Counted from the stretch's first letter, positions 1 through 8,721 are shown. The stretch: DNA of 25,861 nt from an uncultured archaeon (GCA_964481805.1 CAYZVE010000001.1:13192-39052), one strand, 5' to 3'. Program-made: numbers and translations. Notes: generated by a model not told the origin, from the sequence alone.

Positions 1-319
1 ATGTAAAGATAGTCGACGTCACGATTGTTGAGGTGCTTTCTGTTGTTGTCGTGGTTGTGGTTGTTGTGTAGTCTCGGATTGTGGATGTAAAGATAGTCGA
101 CGTCACGATTGTTGAGGTGCTTTCTGTTGTTGTCGTGGTAGTGGTGGTTGTGTAGTCTCGGATTGTGGATGTAAAGATAGTCGACGTCACGATTGTTGAT
201 GTGCTTTCTGTTGTTGTCGTGGTAGTGGTGGTTGTGTAGTCTCGGATTGTGGATGTAAAGATAGTCGACGTCACGATTGTTGATGTGCTTTCTGTTGTTG
301 TCGTGGTTGTGGTGGTTGT
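1..319. repeat. 84-bp tandem repeat, about 3.8 copies visible (units start at 1, 85, 169, 253)
   Basis: Units are nearly identical and encode DYTTTTTTTTTESTSTIVTSTIFTSTIR on the minus strand. The variable positions (unit positions 32, 56, 62) are all third codon positions. Confidence 0.97.
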
Positions 320-550
320 AGTAGTTACTGTAACGGTTCCATCCTGAATCTCAATTTCCCCCTCTGAGATTTCCAAAACCCCAATTTCAGCCTTAATAAA
401 AGGCATACTCACAAACAAAACAAAAAAGAACGAAAGAAAAACTAAGGTTAGACTGATATTTATTGGGTTTTTTCTCAGCAACTTATCATTCGAGTGGGGT
501 TCAAAGGTAGTTAGAACCTGATTTTTATTATTATTTACATTCTCAAACAT
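1..550 (-). CDS. Secreted or membrane-anchored Thr/Ser-rich (mucin-like) surface protein; 3' end lies outside the window; absent from the ORF track
   Basis: Hand translation from ATG at 550 is open to the window edge: MFENVNNNKNQVLTTFEPHSNDKLLRKNPINISLTLVFLSFFFVLFVSMPFIKAEIGVLEISEGEIEIQDGTVTVTTTT..., i.e. basic residues plus a hydrophobic signal-like segment, followed by 28-aa Thr-rich repeats. Confidence 0.85.
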   Translation of the reverse strand, partial: MFENVNNNKNQVLTTFEPHSNDKLLRKNPINISLTLVFLSFFFVLFVSMPFIKAEIGVLEISEGEIEIQDGTVTVTTTTTTTTTTTESTSTIVTSTIFTSTIRDYTTTTTTTTTESTSTIVTSTIFTSTIRDYTTTTTTTTTESTSTIVTSTIFTSTIRDYTTTTTTTTTESTSTIVTSTIFT

Positions 551-597
551 CAACCAAAACCCCAAATCTTGCGCGCCTGAATTATTAATATTATAAC

Positions 598-1141
598 TGT
601 CGAATGAGATAAGAACAGGGAAATCGAGGACTAAAATTCAAAAAGGAGGGGTGCTTTTAAGTTATGATTTGCTAACTATTTTCTTCATATGTCGATAATA
701 GAAAAAGTTAATATCGACAGAAAACAAATAATTCATTGGTGTCGAATGTTTAAATTTAAAAAAAATGACGTTGATTTCGACGATATTCTGAAGCAGTTGA
801 ATATGTATACGATGCAGGTTGCGTTAGAATTAGAAGCAATAAAGGGCCTAGGCGATAAGTTTGGTGACATAAACCAAAGGCTCTCAAACCTTGAAAAGAA
901 GATGGACGGGGAATTTGAAAGCAGAAATAACTTCGTACCTTTGATCCTTAAGAACAAAGGTGCCATAAAACTCATTCTACAAAGACATGGAAAAATAAGT
1001 TCATCCAAATTAAGCCAAATCATTAAATTATCTAGGACAAGATGCAATGAATACCTTATCGAAATGGAAAAAGATGGTATTTTAGTGTCGAAAATGGAAG
1101 GAAAAGAAAAATTTTACACCATCAGACGATAGGTTCGACAC
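598..1141. repeat. Dispersed array of TGTCGA(A/T) motifs, mostly as inverted pairs
   Basis: TGTCGA at 598, 690, 740, 1086; reverse complement TCGACA at 714 and 1135; near-match TTCGACG at 776. GTGTCGAA occurs exactly at 739, 1085 and, inverted, at 1134-1141. Confidence 0.75.
689..1132 (+). CDS. Coiled-coil plus C-terminal winged helix-turn-helix DNA-binding protein (ArsR/MarR/TrmB-like fold); true start may be ATG 746
   Basis: C-terminus ISSSKLSQIIKLSRTRCNEYLIEMEKDGILVSKMEGKEKFYTI has the HTH plus beta-wing pattern; heptad-like N-terminal helix; GGTG (738-741) precedes the in-frame ATG at 746. Confidence 0.8.
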   Translation: MSIIEKVNIDRKQIIHWCRMFKFKKNDVDFDDILKQLNMYTMQVALELEAIKGLGDKFGDINQRLSNLEKKMDGEFESRNNFVPLILKNKGAIKLILQRHGKISSSKLSQIIKLSRTRCNEYLIEMEKDGILVSKMEGKEKFYTIRR

Positions 1142-1239
1142 ATAGAATTGATTAATTTTTTCTTTTATTCAACTTTGTCTTACAATTTTCAAGGGAATTT
1201 TCCAATAAAATCATGCCCTTTTTTATGTTGATAAGATTA

Positions 1240-1911
1240 TTAGTAAACTCCTCGTATCAAATCTTCCAAAACTATCTTTGGATCCCTTGATTTAACAACA
1301 GCTGAGGCAACTATAACCCCTTTTACACCAAGTTCAATAGCTGTTTTAATATCCTCACCAGTAGAGATTCCCGCACCACATAGTGGTATAATTTCAGGAT
1401 CAATATTACTAACAATCTCAACAAAGTTTTTAACGGAATTAGGCTTTATTTTTGATATAGCCCTGCCAGTTCCTATCAGTTCTGGGATTTCATATGCAAT
1501 AAAATCCGGTTTAAATTTTGCAATTTTTTTTGCTAATTCTATTTCTGGTGTGCAAATAACTGTTACTAATTTATTCCTTTTTGCAATATCAATGCTCCGT
1601 TTTATTTCTTCTAGGTTTAATCTATTTTCTGAGTGGTTTATAAGTGTGCCAACCGCACCAGCTTTTTTTGCAGCTAGCGCAAGTTCATGACCAGTGTAGG
1701 CTCCTGGCTCAATAGGTTCAATACTTTGTGCAAATATAGGAATTTTTAATTCCGAACTTATACGAAAAATATCAGCGTCTTGAGGTGCTATTGTAATATT
1801 AACACCATGTTTCTCTGATAATTGTTTGCAAATTCTTGCAATTTTAAGTGCATTATCACCCGTCCCTTCAGCATAACTTTTAAAATTAACTATAATCAAT
1901 GGAAGTTTCAT
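1240..1911 (-). CDS. tpiA: Triosephosphate isomerase, archaeal type
   Basis: Catalytic motifs VNFK, NHSE and AYEIPELIGTG, plus GAGI; 223 aa; 4-bp ATGA overlap with fba. Confidence 0.97.
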   Translation of the reverse strand: MKLPLIIVNFKSYAEGTGDNALKIARICKQLSEKHGVNITIAPQDADIFRISSELKIPIFAQSIEPIEPGAYTGHELALAAKKAGAVGTLINHSENRLNLEEIKRSIDIAKRNKLVTVICTPEIELAKKIAKFKPDFIAYEIPELIGTGRAISKIKPNSVKNFVEIVSNIDPEIIPLCGAGISTGEDIKTAIELGVKGVIVASAVVKSRDPKIVLEDLIRGVY

Positions 1912-2678
1912 TTTTTAACCTCATGGATAATCTTCCTAACCTCTTTTAGTATAAAAGCCCCATTTTCTTTTCCCCAAACATTCCTTCCAACAGCCATGCC
2001 AGCTGCACCTGAATCCATGACATCCTTTACCATTTGAAAAAATTCTGAATCGTCTCCTTTTATTTCTCCCCCAGCAACAGCAATAGGAACAAAATTAGAA
2101 TATTTAACTACTTTAGAAAAGGTCTCCTTTGAACCGGTATAATAGGTTTTAACTATATCTACACCCAATTCTGCCCCAACTCTAGCAGCATACCTTACAA
2201 GATTTGGATCATTCTTCTCTTTCCCTTTAACTCTTGGGTACATAAACCCTATTAATGGCATCTCTCTCTTTAAACACTGTTCTTTGATTTCACAAAGATT
2301 TTCTAGCATTTTATCTTCATTTTCAGAGCCGACGTAAACTGTGCATGCAACTCCAATTGCTCCTATGATTTCAGCTTCTTTAACTGTTGATGTGACTGTT
2401 TGTATCCTTTTTTGTGACAAGTCTGTCCTCCCAGTAACTTTTATTATCAGCGGCAATTTCCTATTGAATCTTCTCACATATCTTGCAGAACCAGGATGCA
2501 ATATCAAGCCATTAACATTTCCTTCGCAAGCAATTTTTGAAATTCTAAGCGGATCTAAATTTATTCCTTCATACCTATCGGGACCATGTTCTACGCAGTG
2601 ATCAAAAGCCATAAGGAGAGTTTTTTTTGTTTTCGGGTTTATTATTTTATCCAATCTTTTTTGTTTCTTACTAAACAT
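1908..2678 (-). CDS. fba: Class I (archaeal DhnA/FbaB-type) fructose-bisphosphate aldolase
   Basis: AFDHCVEHGP, MYPR, Schiff-base VDIVKTYY, AGG and GRNVW motifs. Start placed at ATG 2678, preceded by AAGGTGG (ORF track extends to 2693). Confidence 0.92.
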   Translation of the reverse strand: MFSKKQKRLDKIINPKTKKTLLMAFDHCVEHGPDRYEGINLDPLRISKIACEGNVNGLILHPGSARYVRRFNRKLPLIIKVTGRTDLSQKRIQTVTSTVKEAEIIGAIGVACTVYVGSENEDKMLENLCEIKEQCLKREMPLIGFMYPRVKGKEKNDPNLVRYAARVGAELGVDIVKTYYTGSKETFSKVVKYSNFVPIAVAGGEIKGDDSEFFQMVKDVMDSGAAGMAVGRNVWGKENGAFILKEVRKIIHEVKK

Positions 2679-3633
2679 TAGACCACCTTTCAATCAAATT
2701 AATTATATCTTTTTCAGAAGGTAAATCTTTCGTTGCACCGATACTTTCTATATTTAATGCAGCGGCAGCATTACCAAATTTTAAAGCATCCTCAAAAGAT
2801 TTTCCCTTCATGAACCAATGTAAAAAACTGGCAGTAAAACTATCACCAGCGCCTGTGGTATCTTTTATCTCGCTTTTAAAAGGCTTCATCTTATAAAGTT
2901 TATTTCCGTCAGAAGCTATCAATCCTTTTTTTCCCAATGTAATAATGGCTGACTGAACGCCAAAACCCAATATTCTTTTCAAGGCCTTTTGTTCATTTTT
3001 AGTATTCATTAATTCGCAAATTTCTTCTTTATTCATTATTGAAATATCGCATTTCCCCATCAAACCCAGCAACTCTTTCTTCCTATATTTAATCATATTT
3101 ATACTTGGATTTGCCAATACCTTTCCACCATTTTCTTTTATTATCCTAATGACCATTCTAACAGCATCCAAACTTTTGTCACTAATGACAGTGGTGAAAA
3201 TAAACCACTTTGCATTTTTAATATATTTCTCCGATATGTCATCCGAACCTAAGCTATCATTCGCCCCCCTAAATGTTAAGATACTTCTCTCTCCGTCTGG
3301 TGTTATAAAAACCTGAGAAAACCCTGACATAACATTTTCACTTTTTTTGAGGAATCCTATATCTACCCCTTCTGCCTTAAAATTATTACTTATTAACATG
3401 GAATTTGGATCAGAGCCAACCTTTCCAATAAAACCAACCTTACTCCCTAACTTAGACAAACCTACAGCAACATTATGGCCAGAACCACCAACATTAAATT
3501 TCAGCCCTTCTAATTCTGTTTTCGTGCCAAAGGGAAACCCTAAAAACTGTTTGCGTTTTGACCTAATATTTCTTAATCTGCTGCTATGAATTACAACATC
3601 AACCATTACTGACCCAATAACTACAACATCCAT
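2671..3633 (-). CDS. PfkB/ribokinase-family sugar kinase 1 (candidate ATP-dependent phosphofructokinase or fructokinase)
   Basis: GGSGHNVAVGLSKLG and DTTGAGDSF PfkB signatures; overlaps the fba start, so co-transcribed with fba-tpiA. ATG 3633 is more likely than GTG 3642. Confidence 0.9.
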   Translation of the reverse strand: MDVVVIGSVMVDVVIHSSRLRNIRSKRKQFLGFPFGTKTELEGLKFNVGGSGHNVAVGLSKLGSKVGFIGKVGSDPNSMLISNNFKAEGVDIGFLKKSENVMSGFSQVFITPDGERSILTFRGANDSLGSDDISEKYIKNAKWFIFTTVISDKSLDAVRMVIRIIKENGGKVLANPSINMIKYRKKELLGLMGKCDISIMNKEEICELMNTKNEQKALKRILGFGVQSAIITLGKKGLIASDGNKLYKMKPFKSEIKDTTGAGDSFTASFLHWFMKGKSFEDALKFGNAAAALNIESIGATKDLPSEKDIINLIERWSNV

Positions 3634-3703
3634 GCCATGCACTATATTTATTATCTGAAAATAAGAAGAAATAGGTTATGGGATACACTCGAATCAAAAA
3701 GGA

Positions 3704-3713
3704 AAGTTTATCT
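3704..3713 (+). promoter_or_regulatory. Candidate BRE/TATA element for ppsA
   Basis: AAGTTTATCT, starting 36 nt before the ATG, with a purine-rich run upstream. The identical 10-mer starts 35 nt before the GT3 ATG. Confidence 0.45.
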
Positions 3714-3739
3714 CTACTCAAAATAAATTAATTGGTTAT

Positions 3740-6004
3740 ATGAAATTTGTAAAATTTTTGAGTGAACTATCAAGAAACAGCTTGACAGAAGCTGGTGGAA
3801 AGGGGGCTAACCTTGCTGAAATGTATAATATGGGTTTGCCTGTACCGAATGCTTTTGTTGTGACTTCTAATGCTTACAAATATTTTCTTGAAAAAACTCA
3901 AGTCAAAGTTGCAATATTCGACATTCTCAAACACACTGATGTCAATGATTCTGATAGACTCCAAAAAAACACAAGAAAAATTAGAAAAATGATTGAAGAA
4001 ATTGAAGTCCCTCCTCAGATTAAAAATGAGATTATTCTAGCATACAGACAGCTATCAAAAGAATTTAAAAAAGAGAATGAATGGGTTGCTGCAAGAAGCT
4101 CTGCTACTGCCGAGGATCTACCAGGAGCTAGTTTTGCTGGTCAACAATTAACTGTCCTAAATGTTAAAGGAGAAGAAGGTGTTATTAATGCTGTTAAAGA
4201 GTGTTGGTCTTCTTTGTTTACTGCGAGGTCGACTTTTTATAGAGAAAGCAAAGGGTTCAAGCATGAGAAAGTCCTTATAGCAGTTCCTGTCCAAAAGCAG
4301 TTAAACTCAGAAAAGGCTGGAGTTGGATTTACTATTGAGCCCTCTTCAGGTAACAAGGATCAGATTGTAATAGAAGGTTCTTGGGGACAAGGTGAAAGTG
4401 TTGTATCTGGCGCTGTTACCCCAGACAAATATATTATTGACAAGAGGACTGGTGATATAATAGAAAAGAAAATTAACAAAAAAACAGAGATGAGAATACT
4501 TGATCCGGAAAAAGGTGGATTAATATATAGAAAAGTCCCCAAAACTAAACAGAAAGAACAGTGCTTGAATGATTATGAATTGTCTCAACTTTATGAACTG
4601 GGACTTAAATTAGAAGAGCATTATAAAACTCCACAGGATTTTGAATGGGTTGTTGAAGATAGTAAAGTTTATCTTGTACAAACAAGACCCATAACTGTCA
4701 TTTATAAAGATGTTGAAGGAGAGGATGTTGATACTACTAAAGCCCCAGTACTAAAGGGTATACCAGCATCACCTGGTGTTGCCTCTGGTGTTGTAAAGAT
4801 TATTAAAAGACCTTCTGAACTTGATAAAATAAAGAAGGGCGACGTTCTAGTCACAAAGATGACTAATCCAGATTATGTCCCAGGAATGAAAAGAGCTGTA
4901 GCAATTATTACTGATGAAGGTGGCCAGACATCTCATGCTGCGATTGTTTCCCGTGAACTTGGTGTCCCATGTATTGTTGGGAGCGAGTCTGCAACTAACA
5001 AATTAAAAGATGGAGATGTGGTAACGATTGATGGGGATGATGGTCTTGTTTATATGGGAAAGATGCATGCCAAAGTTATAAAAAAGGTTGAATATAAACA
5101 TGCCAAAACCAAGACGAGAATTTACATGAATCTAGGTGAACCTGAACTTGCTAACAAGTATAAGAGCCTTAATTGTGATGGTATAGGTCTCTTCCGTGCA
5201 GAGTTTATGGCAGCAGAAGTTGGTGAACATCCAAAAGCTTTGATTGAAAAAGGTGGAGGAGAAAAATTTGTAAAAATATTTGCTGATGGGATTAGAAAAG
5301 TTGCAAAAGCGTTCTACCCGAGACCTGTTGTTTACCGTGCACTTGACTTCAAAACAAACGAGTATGCTGACCTTAAAGGTGGGAACAAGTATGAACCAAA
5401 GGAAAGCAACCCGATGATTGGATGGAGAGGAGCTTCAAGGTATATAACTGAGCCAGAAGTTTTTAGATTAGAGTTAGAGGCAATCAAGAAAGTTAGAGAA
5501 GAAGGTTTTAAGAATGTACATTTGATGATTCCATTTGTAAGAGCGACATGGGAACTAAGGCAGATTAGAATGATTATTAAAAATATGGGTCTTCTTGATA
5601 ATAAAACCTTCAAATTATGGATAATGATTGAAGTTCCATCCTCTGCAATACTTATTGAAAGCTTTATCAGAGAAGGAATTGATGGGGTATCAATCGGATC
5701 GAATGACTTGACGCAATTGGTCTTAGGTGTTGATAGGGATTCATCCACTCTAGGAAAGAGATGGTTCTATGAACTCGACCCAGCTGTGATTTGGTGTTTA
5801 GAAAGGGTTGTAAGGACATGTAAGAAGTATGGTGTAACAAGTTCTATCTGTGGCCAGGCTCCAAGCTTTTATCCTGACTTAACGAGAAAGTTGGTGAAGT
5901 GGGGTATTACTAGTGTTTCTGTGAATCCAGATGTGGTTGATAAAACTAGAAATATTGTTGCTGATTGTGAGAAAGGGCTTATTGGAAGGTTACTTAGAAA
6001 GTAG
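3740..6004 (+). CDS. ppsA: Phosphoenolpyruvate synthase (pyruvate, water dikinase)
   Basis: GGKGANL, RSSATAEDLPGASFAGQQ, phospho-His motif TDEGGQTSHAAIVSRE, SIGSNDLTQ, ICGQAP. Confidence 0.97.
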   Translation: MKFVKFLSELSRNSLTEAGGKGANLAEMYNMGLPVPNAFVVTSNAYKYFLEKTQVKVAIFDILKHTDVNDSDRLQKNTRKIRKMIEEIEVPPQIKNEIILAYRQLSKEFKKENEWVAARSSATAEDLPGASFAGQQLTVLNVKGEEGVINAVKECWSSLFTARSTFYRESKGFKHEKVLIAVPVQKQLNSEKAGVGFTIEPSSGNKDQIVIEGSWGQGESVVSGAVTPDKYIIDKRTGDIIEKKINKKTEMRILDPEKGGLIYRKVPKTKQKEQCLNDYELSQLYELGLKLEEHYKTPQDFEWVVEDSKVYLVQTRPITVIYKDVEGEDVDTTKAPVLKGIPASPGVASGVVKIIKRPSELDKIKKGDVLVTKMTNPDYVPGMKRAVAIITDEGGQTSHAAIVSRELGVPCIVGSESATNKLKDGDVVTIDGDDGLVYMGKMHAKVIKKVEYKHAKTKTRIYMNLGEPELANKYKSLNCDGIGLFRAEFMAAEVGEHPKALIEKGGGEKFVKIFADGIRKVAKAFYPRPVVYRALDFKTNEYADLKGGNKYEPKESNPMIGWRGASRYITEPEVFRLELEAIKKVREEGFKNVHLMIPFVRATWELRQIRMIIKNMGLLDNKTFKLWIMIEVPSSAILIESFIREGIDGVSIGSNDLTQLVLGVDRDSSTLGKRWFYELDPAVIWCLERVVRTCKKYGVTSSICGQAPSFYPDLTRKLVKWGITSVSVNPDVVDKTRNIVADCEKGLIGRLLRK

Positions 6005-6016
6005 TTAAGAATTTGT

Positions 6017-7546
6017 TTATTTCCTCAAAACTTGAGAAAATTTTGATAATTTTTCCATGTCCATATTAGTTTTTGGATAGGCTATACTTTCATTCAAAAG
6101 GAAATTAATTTCTGAATTTGACTCTAAAGGTTCTCTGAGTTTTAATAGTTCTTGGTAATTAATTTCTGAATTTGACTCTAAAGGTTCTCTGAGTTTTAAT
6201 AGCCCTTCTATCTCATTCCCACCCAATTTTTCTGTTATATTTATCCCTTTACTAACTTTGCCCAAACTTTCCTCTTCTTTCTTTCCATTTAATGCGTTAT
6301 ATTTTCCGAGTTCCTCTGCAAGCTTGACTTTTATATCTGAAATAGCAGAGATTATACTAATGAAACCATCATGTGGAGTTGAAAATGGTGAGAAGTAGCG
6401 ATGAACATCACCATCTCCCCAAGATTTGTTGCATATGTAATAAAAGTGATCACTTTGTTGTAAAAGTCTCCAAAATCTTAAGAATGATTTTCCATTCTTT
6501 TTAACCATATTTTCTATATTCATTAATTCTTCAAAAGCCATTTGTTGCATGGAATTGCCAATCCAAGCCGATTTATCCCTCTCTATATCGGCCCATGAGA
6601 TAGTATTGCTCTCATGAACATCCATTTCACCAACTGGTTTGTGTTCTTCGACAACTTCAGAAGGTGTTTTGAAATCAAGGTTGGTCCAGTCAAATACTTT
6701 CCAAGGTAATGCTTTCAAGAAGAAGAATATACCTGAATTTTCAGGCTGATGTTCACCAAAAGTTTCAAAATCAATGAAAACATTTGTATATTGGCCAGGA
6801 GTTGCTGATAACCAAACAGAATATTTTTCTGCAGTTAATGGCCATTCATTCCATTCCTTTGATGAGAATCTATAGCCAATGTCATCACTCAACCTGTAGT
6901 TTCTCGTTAACACCTTTATCCTTTTTTCAAGCGGCTTATCATTCTCCTTCACTGGCCCTCTCGCATAAACATAATTTGGAGATCTCCATTCTAGAATCTT
7001 TTCAGTTCCTTCTGTAAATATAGATTTGAATCCCAAATCTTCAACCGTTTTTGCGATTAGGTTGTTATACAGCATCTCTGTATTTACAAAATTTTTTGGC
7101 TCGATTCCAAAATAATCTTTTATTGCCTGTTTCTGCATTTTTATTTGTTCTATGAATTCATCGTGCGTCTTAAAAAGGCCAGCCAAGGAATGAAAATATG
7201 TGCTTCCGAAAAATTCTACCATGCCAGATTCGGCAAGTTGCTTAAAGTTCTCCAATAAATTGGGCTGCCATTTTTCGCATTGTTCTAACCAAACACCAGA
7301 AATATTGAAGCTACATTTGAATTTTCTTTTTTCTTTTTTAAAGGTGTCTATACTTTCAAGGAGTATATCTGTTGTCGGGAGATAACATTTTTTTGATGCA
7401 CGGTCAAAAATGAATTTATTCAGGCCATCATTAAAAAAATGGTCAAAGGATTTTTTTCTAGCTAACTCGCTATCGTTATTATAAGATGAAAAATGATTAA
7501 TCCTAGAGGGTTGGTGAACCTCAAAACACAAAACTATTGACGACAT
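6017..7546 (-). CDS. GH57 alpha-amylase-like hydrolase 1 with a C-terminal extension
   Basis: GH57 conserved regions FEVHQP, NTEM, DFETFGEHQ and QSDHFYY. ATG 7546 has AGGTGA 5 nt upstream (the track's GTG 7555 is part of that Shine-Dalgarno). Confidence 0.92.
   Translation of the reverse strand: MSSIVLCFEVHQPSRINHFSSYNNDSELARKKSFDHFFNDGLNKFIFDRASKKCYLPTTDILLESIDTFKKEKRKFKCSFNISGVWLEQCEKWQPNLLENFKQLAESGMVEFFGSTYFHSLAGLFKTHDEFIEQIKMQKQAIKDYFGIEPKNFVNTEMLYNNLIAKTVEDLGFKSIFTEGTEKILEWRSPNYVYARGPVKENDKPLEKRIKVLTRNYRLSDDIGYRFSSKEWNEWPLTAEKYSVWLSATPGQYTNVFIDFETFGEHQPENSGIFFFLKALPWKVFDWTNLDFKTPSEVVEEHKPVGEMDVHESNTISWADIERDKSAWIGNSMQQMAFEELMNIENMVKKNGKSFLRFWRLLQQSDHFYYICNKSWGDGDVHRYFSPFSTPHDGFISIISAISDIKVKLAEELGKYNALNGKKEEESLGKVSKGINITEKLGGNEIEGLLKLREPLESNSEINYQELLKLREPLESNSEINFLLNESIAYPKTNMDMEKLSKFSQVLRK
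6103..6202. repeat. Direct repeat: 2 x 46 bp identical, 54-bp period, in frame within the GH57-1 tail
   Basis: aattaatttctgaatttgactctaaaggttctctgagttttaatag at 6103-6148 and 6157-6202; encodes LLKLREPLESNSEIN twice. Confidence 0.95.
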
Positions 7547-7584
7547 ACTGTTCACCTAATATTTTAATTTTTGATTAGATAAAG

Positions 7585-8721
7585 CTATTTAAGCAAATTA
7601 TTGATTTCATCTTTGCTTCTTATTTTATTAACGAGTTTCCCAACGCTTGGGTCAAAACCTCTCTGTAACGCAAGATAATAACTTAGCCATTCCAACTGTG
7701 AGGAGTACAAGAATGGGGACAACAAATCACCCTCAATGTCTGAAAATAAATATTGAGCTTTTTCATTCAAGAATTCAAATGGGTCAACGATAATTAATTT
7801 TTTCTCTCCAGCATGTTCCAGCCAAAGATTTTTAATCATTTCGAAATTTTTGTTTGAAGTTTCCCAATTTCTTTGAGGTTTGAGTAATATTAAGGGGTTT
7901 GGCTCAGATTCAAGAGTTTCTATGAGGCTGTGAATAAATTCTTCGCCCTCAACATCGCAAGCATTAACCTTGGCGGATTCCATCATCATAATCTTCGCTT
8001 GTTTTCTTGCGGCTGGATGCCTCGGGCCATCGCCAACAATATAGAAATTTTTATATTTTCTGAGTTTTTTTGACTTTTCCTGAGCCCATTTCTTAACTGC
8101 ATTTGAATTACTAAGCTCATTCACAATATTGGGTATATAATTAACTTGTAACTCAATAAACTTTTTAGAACAATTATTAACAAAAATAGTGAACAGGTTC
8201 AATGCTGCAAGTGATGCATGGAAAGACCCAGTGCTTGCCAAAGACCTTTCTGGATAGTTTTTGGTGTGTGTTCTTATTATATAACCATTTTTATAATTTT
8301 CACAAAATTTGATCAGGCTATCATCTTTTCCTTCCTTGAGGTTGGTCAAAGCTACCACATTGCATTTCTTTTCAATGGCAAATTTGCATGCTTCTAAAGT
8401 ATCATATGTGGTTCCAGATTGGCTGATAAAAATCACACATGTTTTGCTATTAAGAAATTTTGGTGGATAGTTTTTAAACATCCAAGATTGAATGGCGTCT
8501 ATCGGTTTTTCAGAAACATGCCTCCACAAATACCCTGAAGATAGAGAAACTATGTGCTTATCCCCACATCCAGAAAAAACAAATCTATCGCATTTTTTTA
8601 ACTTTTTTGAAATATTTTTTATATTTTCTAACTCATTTTTTATCGTTAATTCTATTGATAACCCTTGATTCTCTATCTCTTGTTTCATGTTCATTGAGTC
8701 TATAGGTTTTCTGATTATCAT
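7585..8721 (-). CDS. Double SIS-domain protein, GlmS isomerase-like without a glutaminase domain
   Basis: MKQEIENQ, GCG, ISQSGTTYDT, ASTGSF, EFIH and SPFLYSSQLEWLSYYLALQRGFDP align by eye with the C-terminal half of GlmS; AGTGA Shine-Dalgarno before the ATG. Confidence 0.88.
   Translation of the reverse strand: MIIRKPIDSMNMKQEIENQGLSIELTIKNELENIKNISKKLKKCDRFVFSGCGDKHIVSLSSGYLWRHVSEKPIDAIQSWMFKNYPPKFLNSKTCVIFISQSGTTYDTLEACKFAIEKKCNVVALTNLKEGKDDSLIKFCENYKNGYIIRTHTKNYPERSLASTGSFHASLAALNLFTIFVNNCSKKFIELQVNYIPNIVNELSNSNAVKKWAQEKSKKLRKYKNFYIVGDGPRHPAARKQAKIMMMESAKVNACDVEGEEFIHSLIETLESEPNPLILLKPQRNWETSNKNFEMIKNLWLEHAGEKKLIIVDPFEFLNEKAQYLFSDIEGDLLSPFLYSSQLEWLSYYLALQRGFDPSVGKLVNKIRSKDEINNLLK

Noticed and set aside
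12-272. GTCGAC in each Thr repeat as an extension of the TGTCGA array
   Set aside because: Explained by Thr-Ser-Thr codons and multiplied by the tandem duplication; flanks differ from the array consensus.
1-319. Regular repeat that could be mistaken for a CRISPR array
   Set aside because: Contiguous units with no unique spacers, period divisible by 3, in frame in an ORF, and no cas genes.
612-655. ACAGGGAAA...GGAGGGGTG resembling an archaeal ORB/G-string
   Set aside because: Spacing does not fit the mini-ORB consensus, there is only one copy and no adjacent orc1/cdc6.
1133-1239. Possible ncRNA or hairpin terminator between the wHTH gene and tpiA
   Set aside because: Only short AT-rich stems and T/A tracts, consistent with ordinary archaeal termination; no tRNA or other structured RNA is recognisable.
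1908-2678. Alternative call as aromatic-pathway ADH synthase (same family)
   Set aside because: The EHGP/YPR motifs and coupling to tpiA and pfkB favour FBP aldolase.
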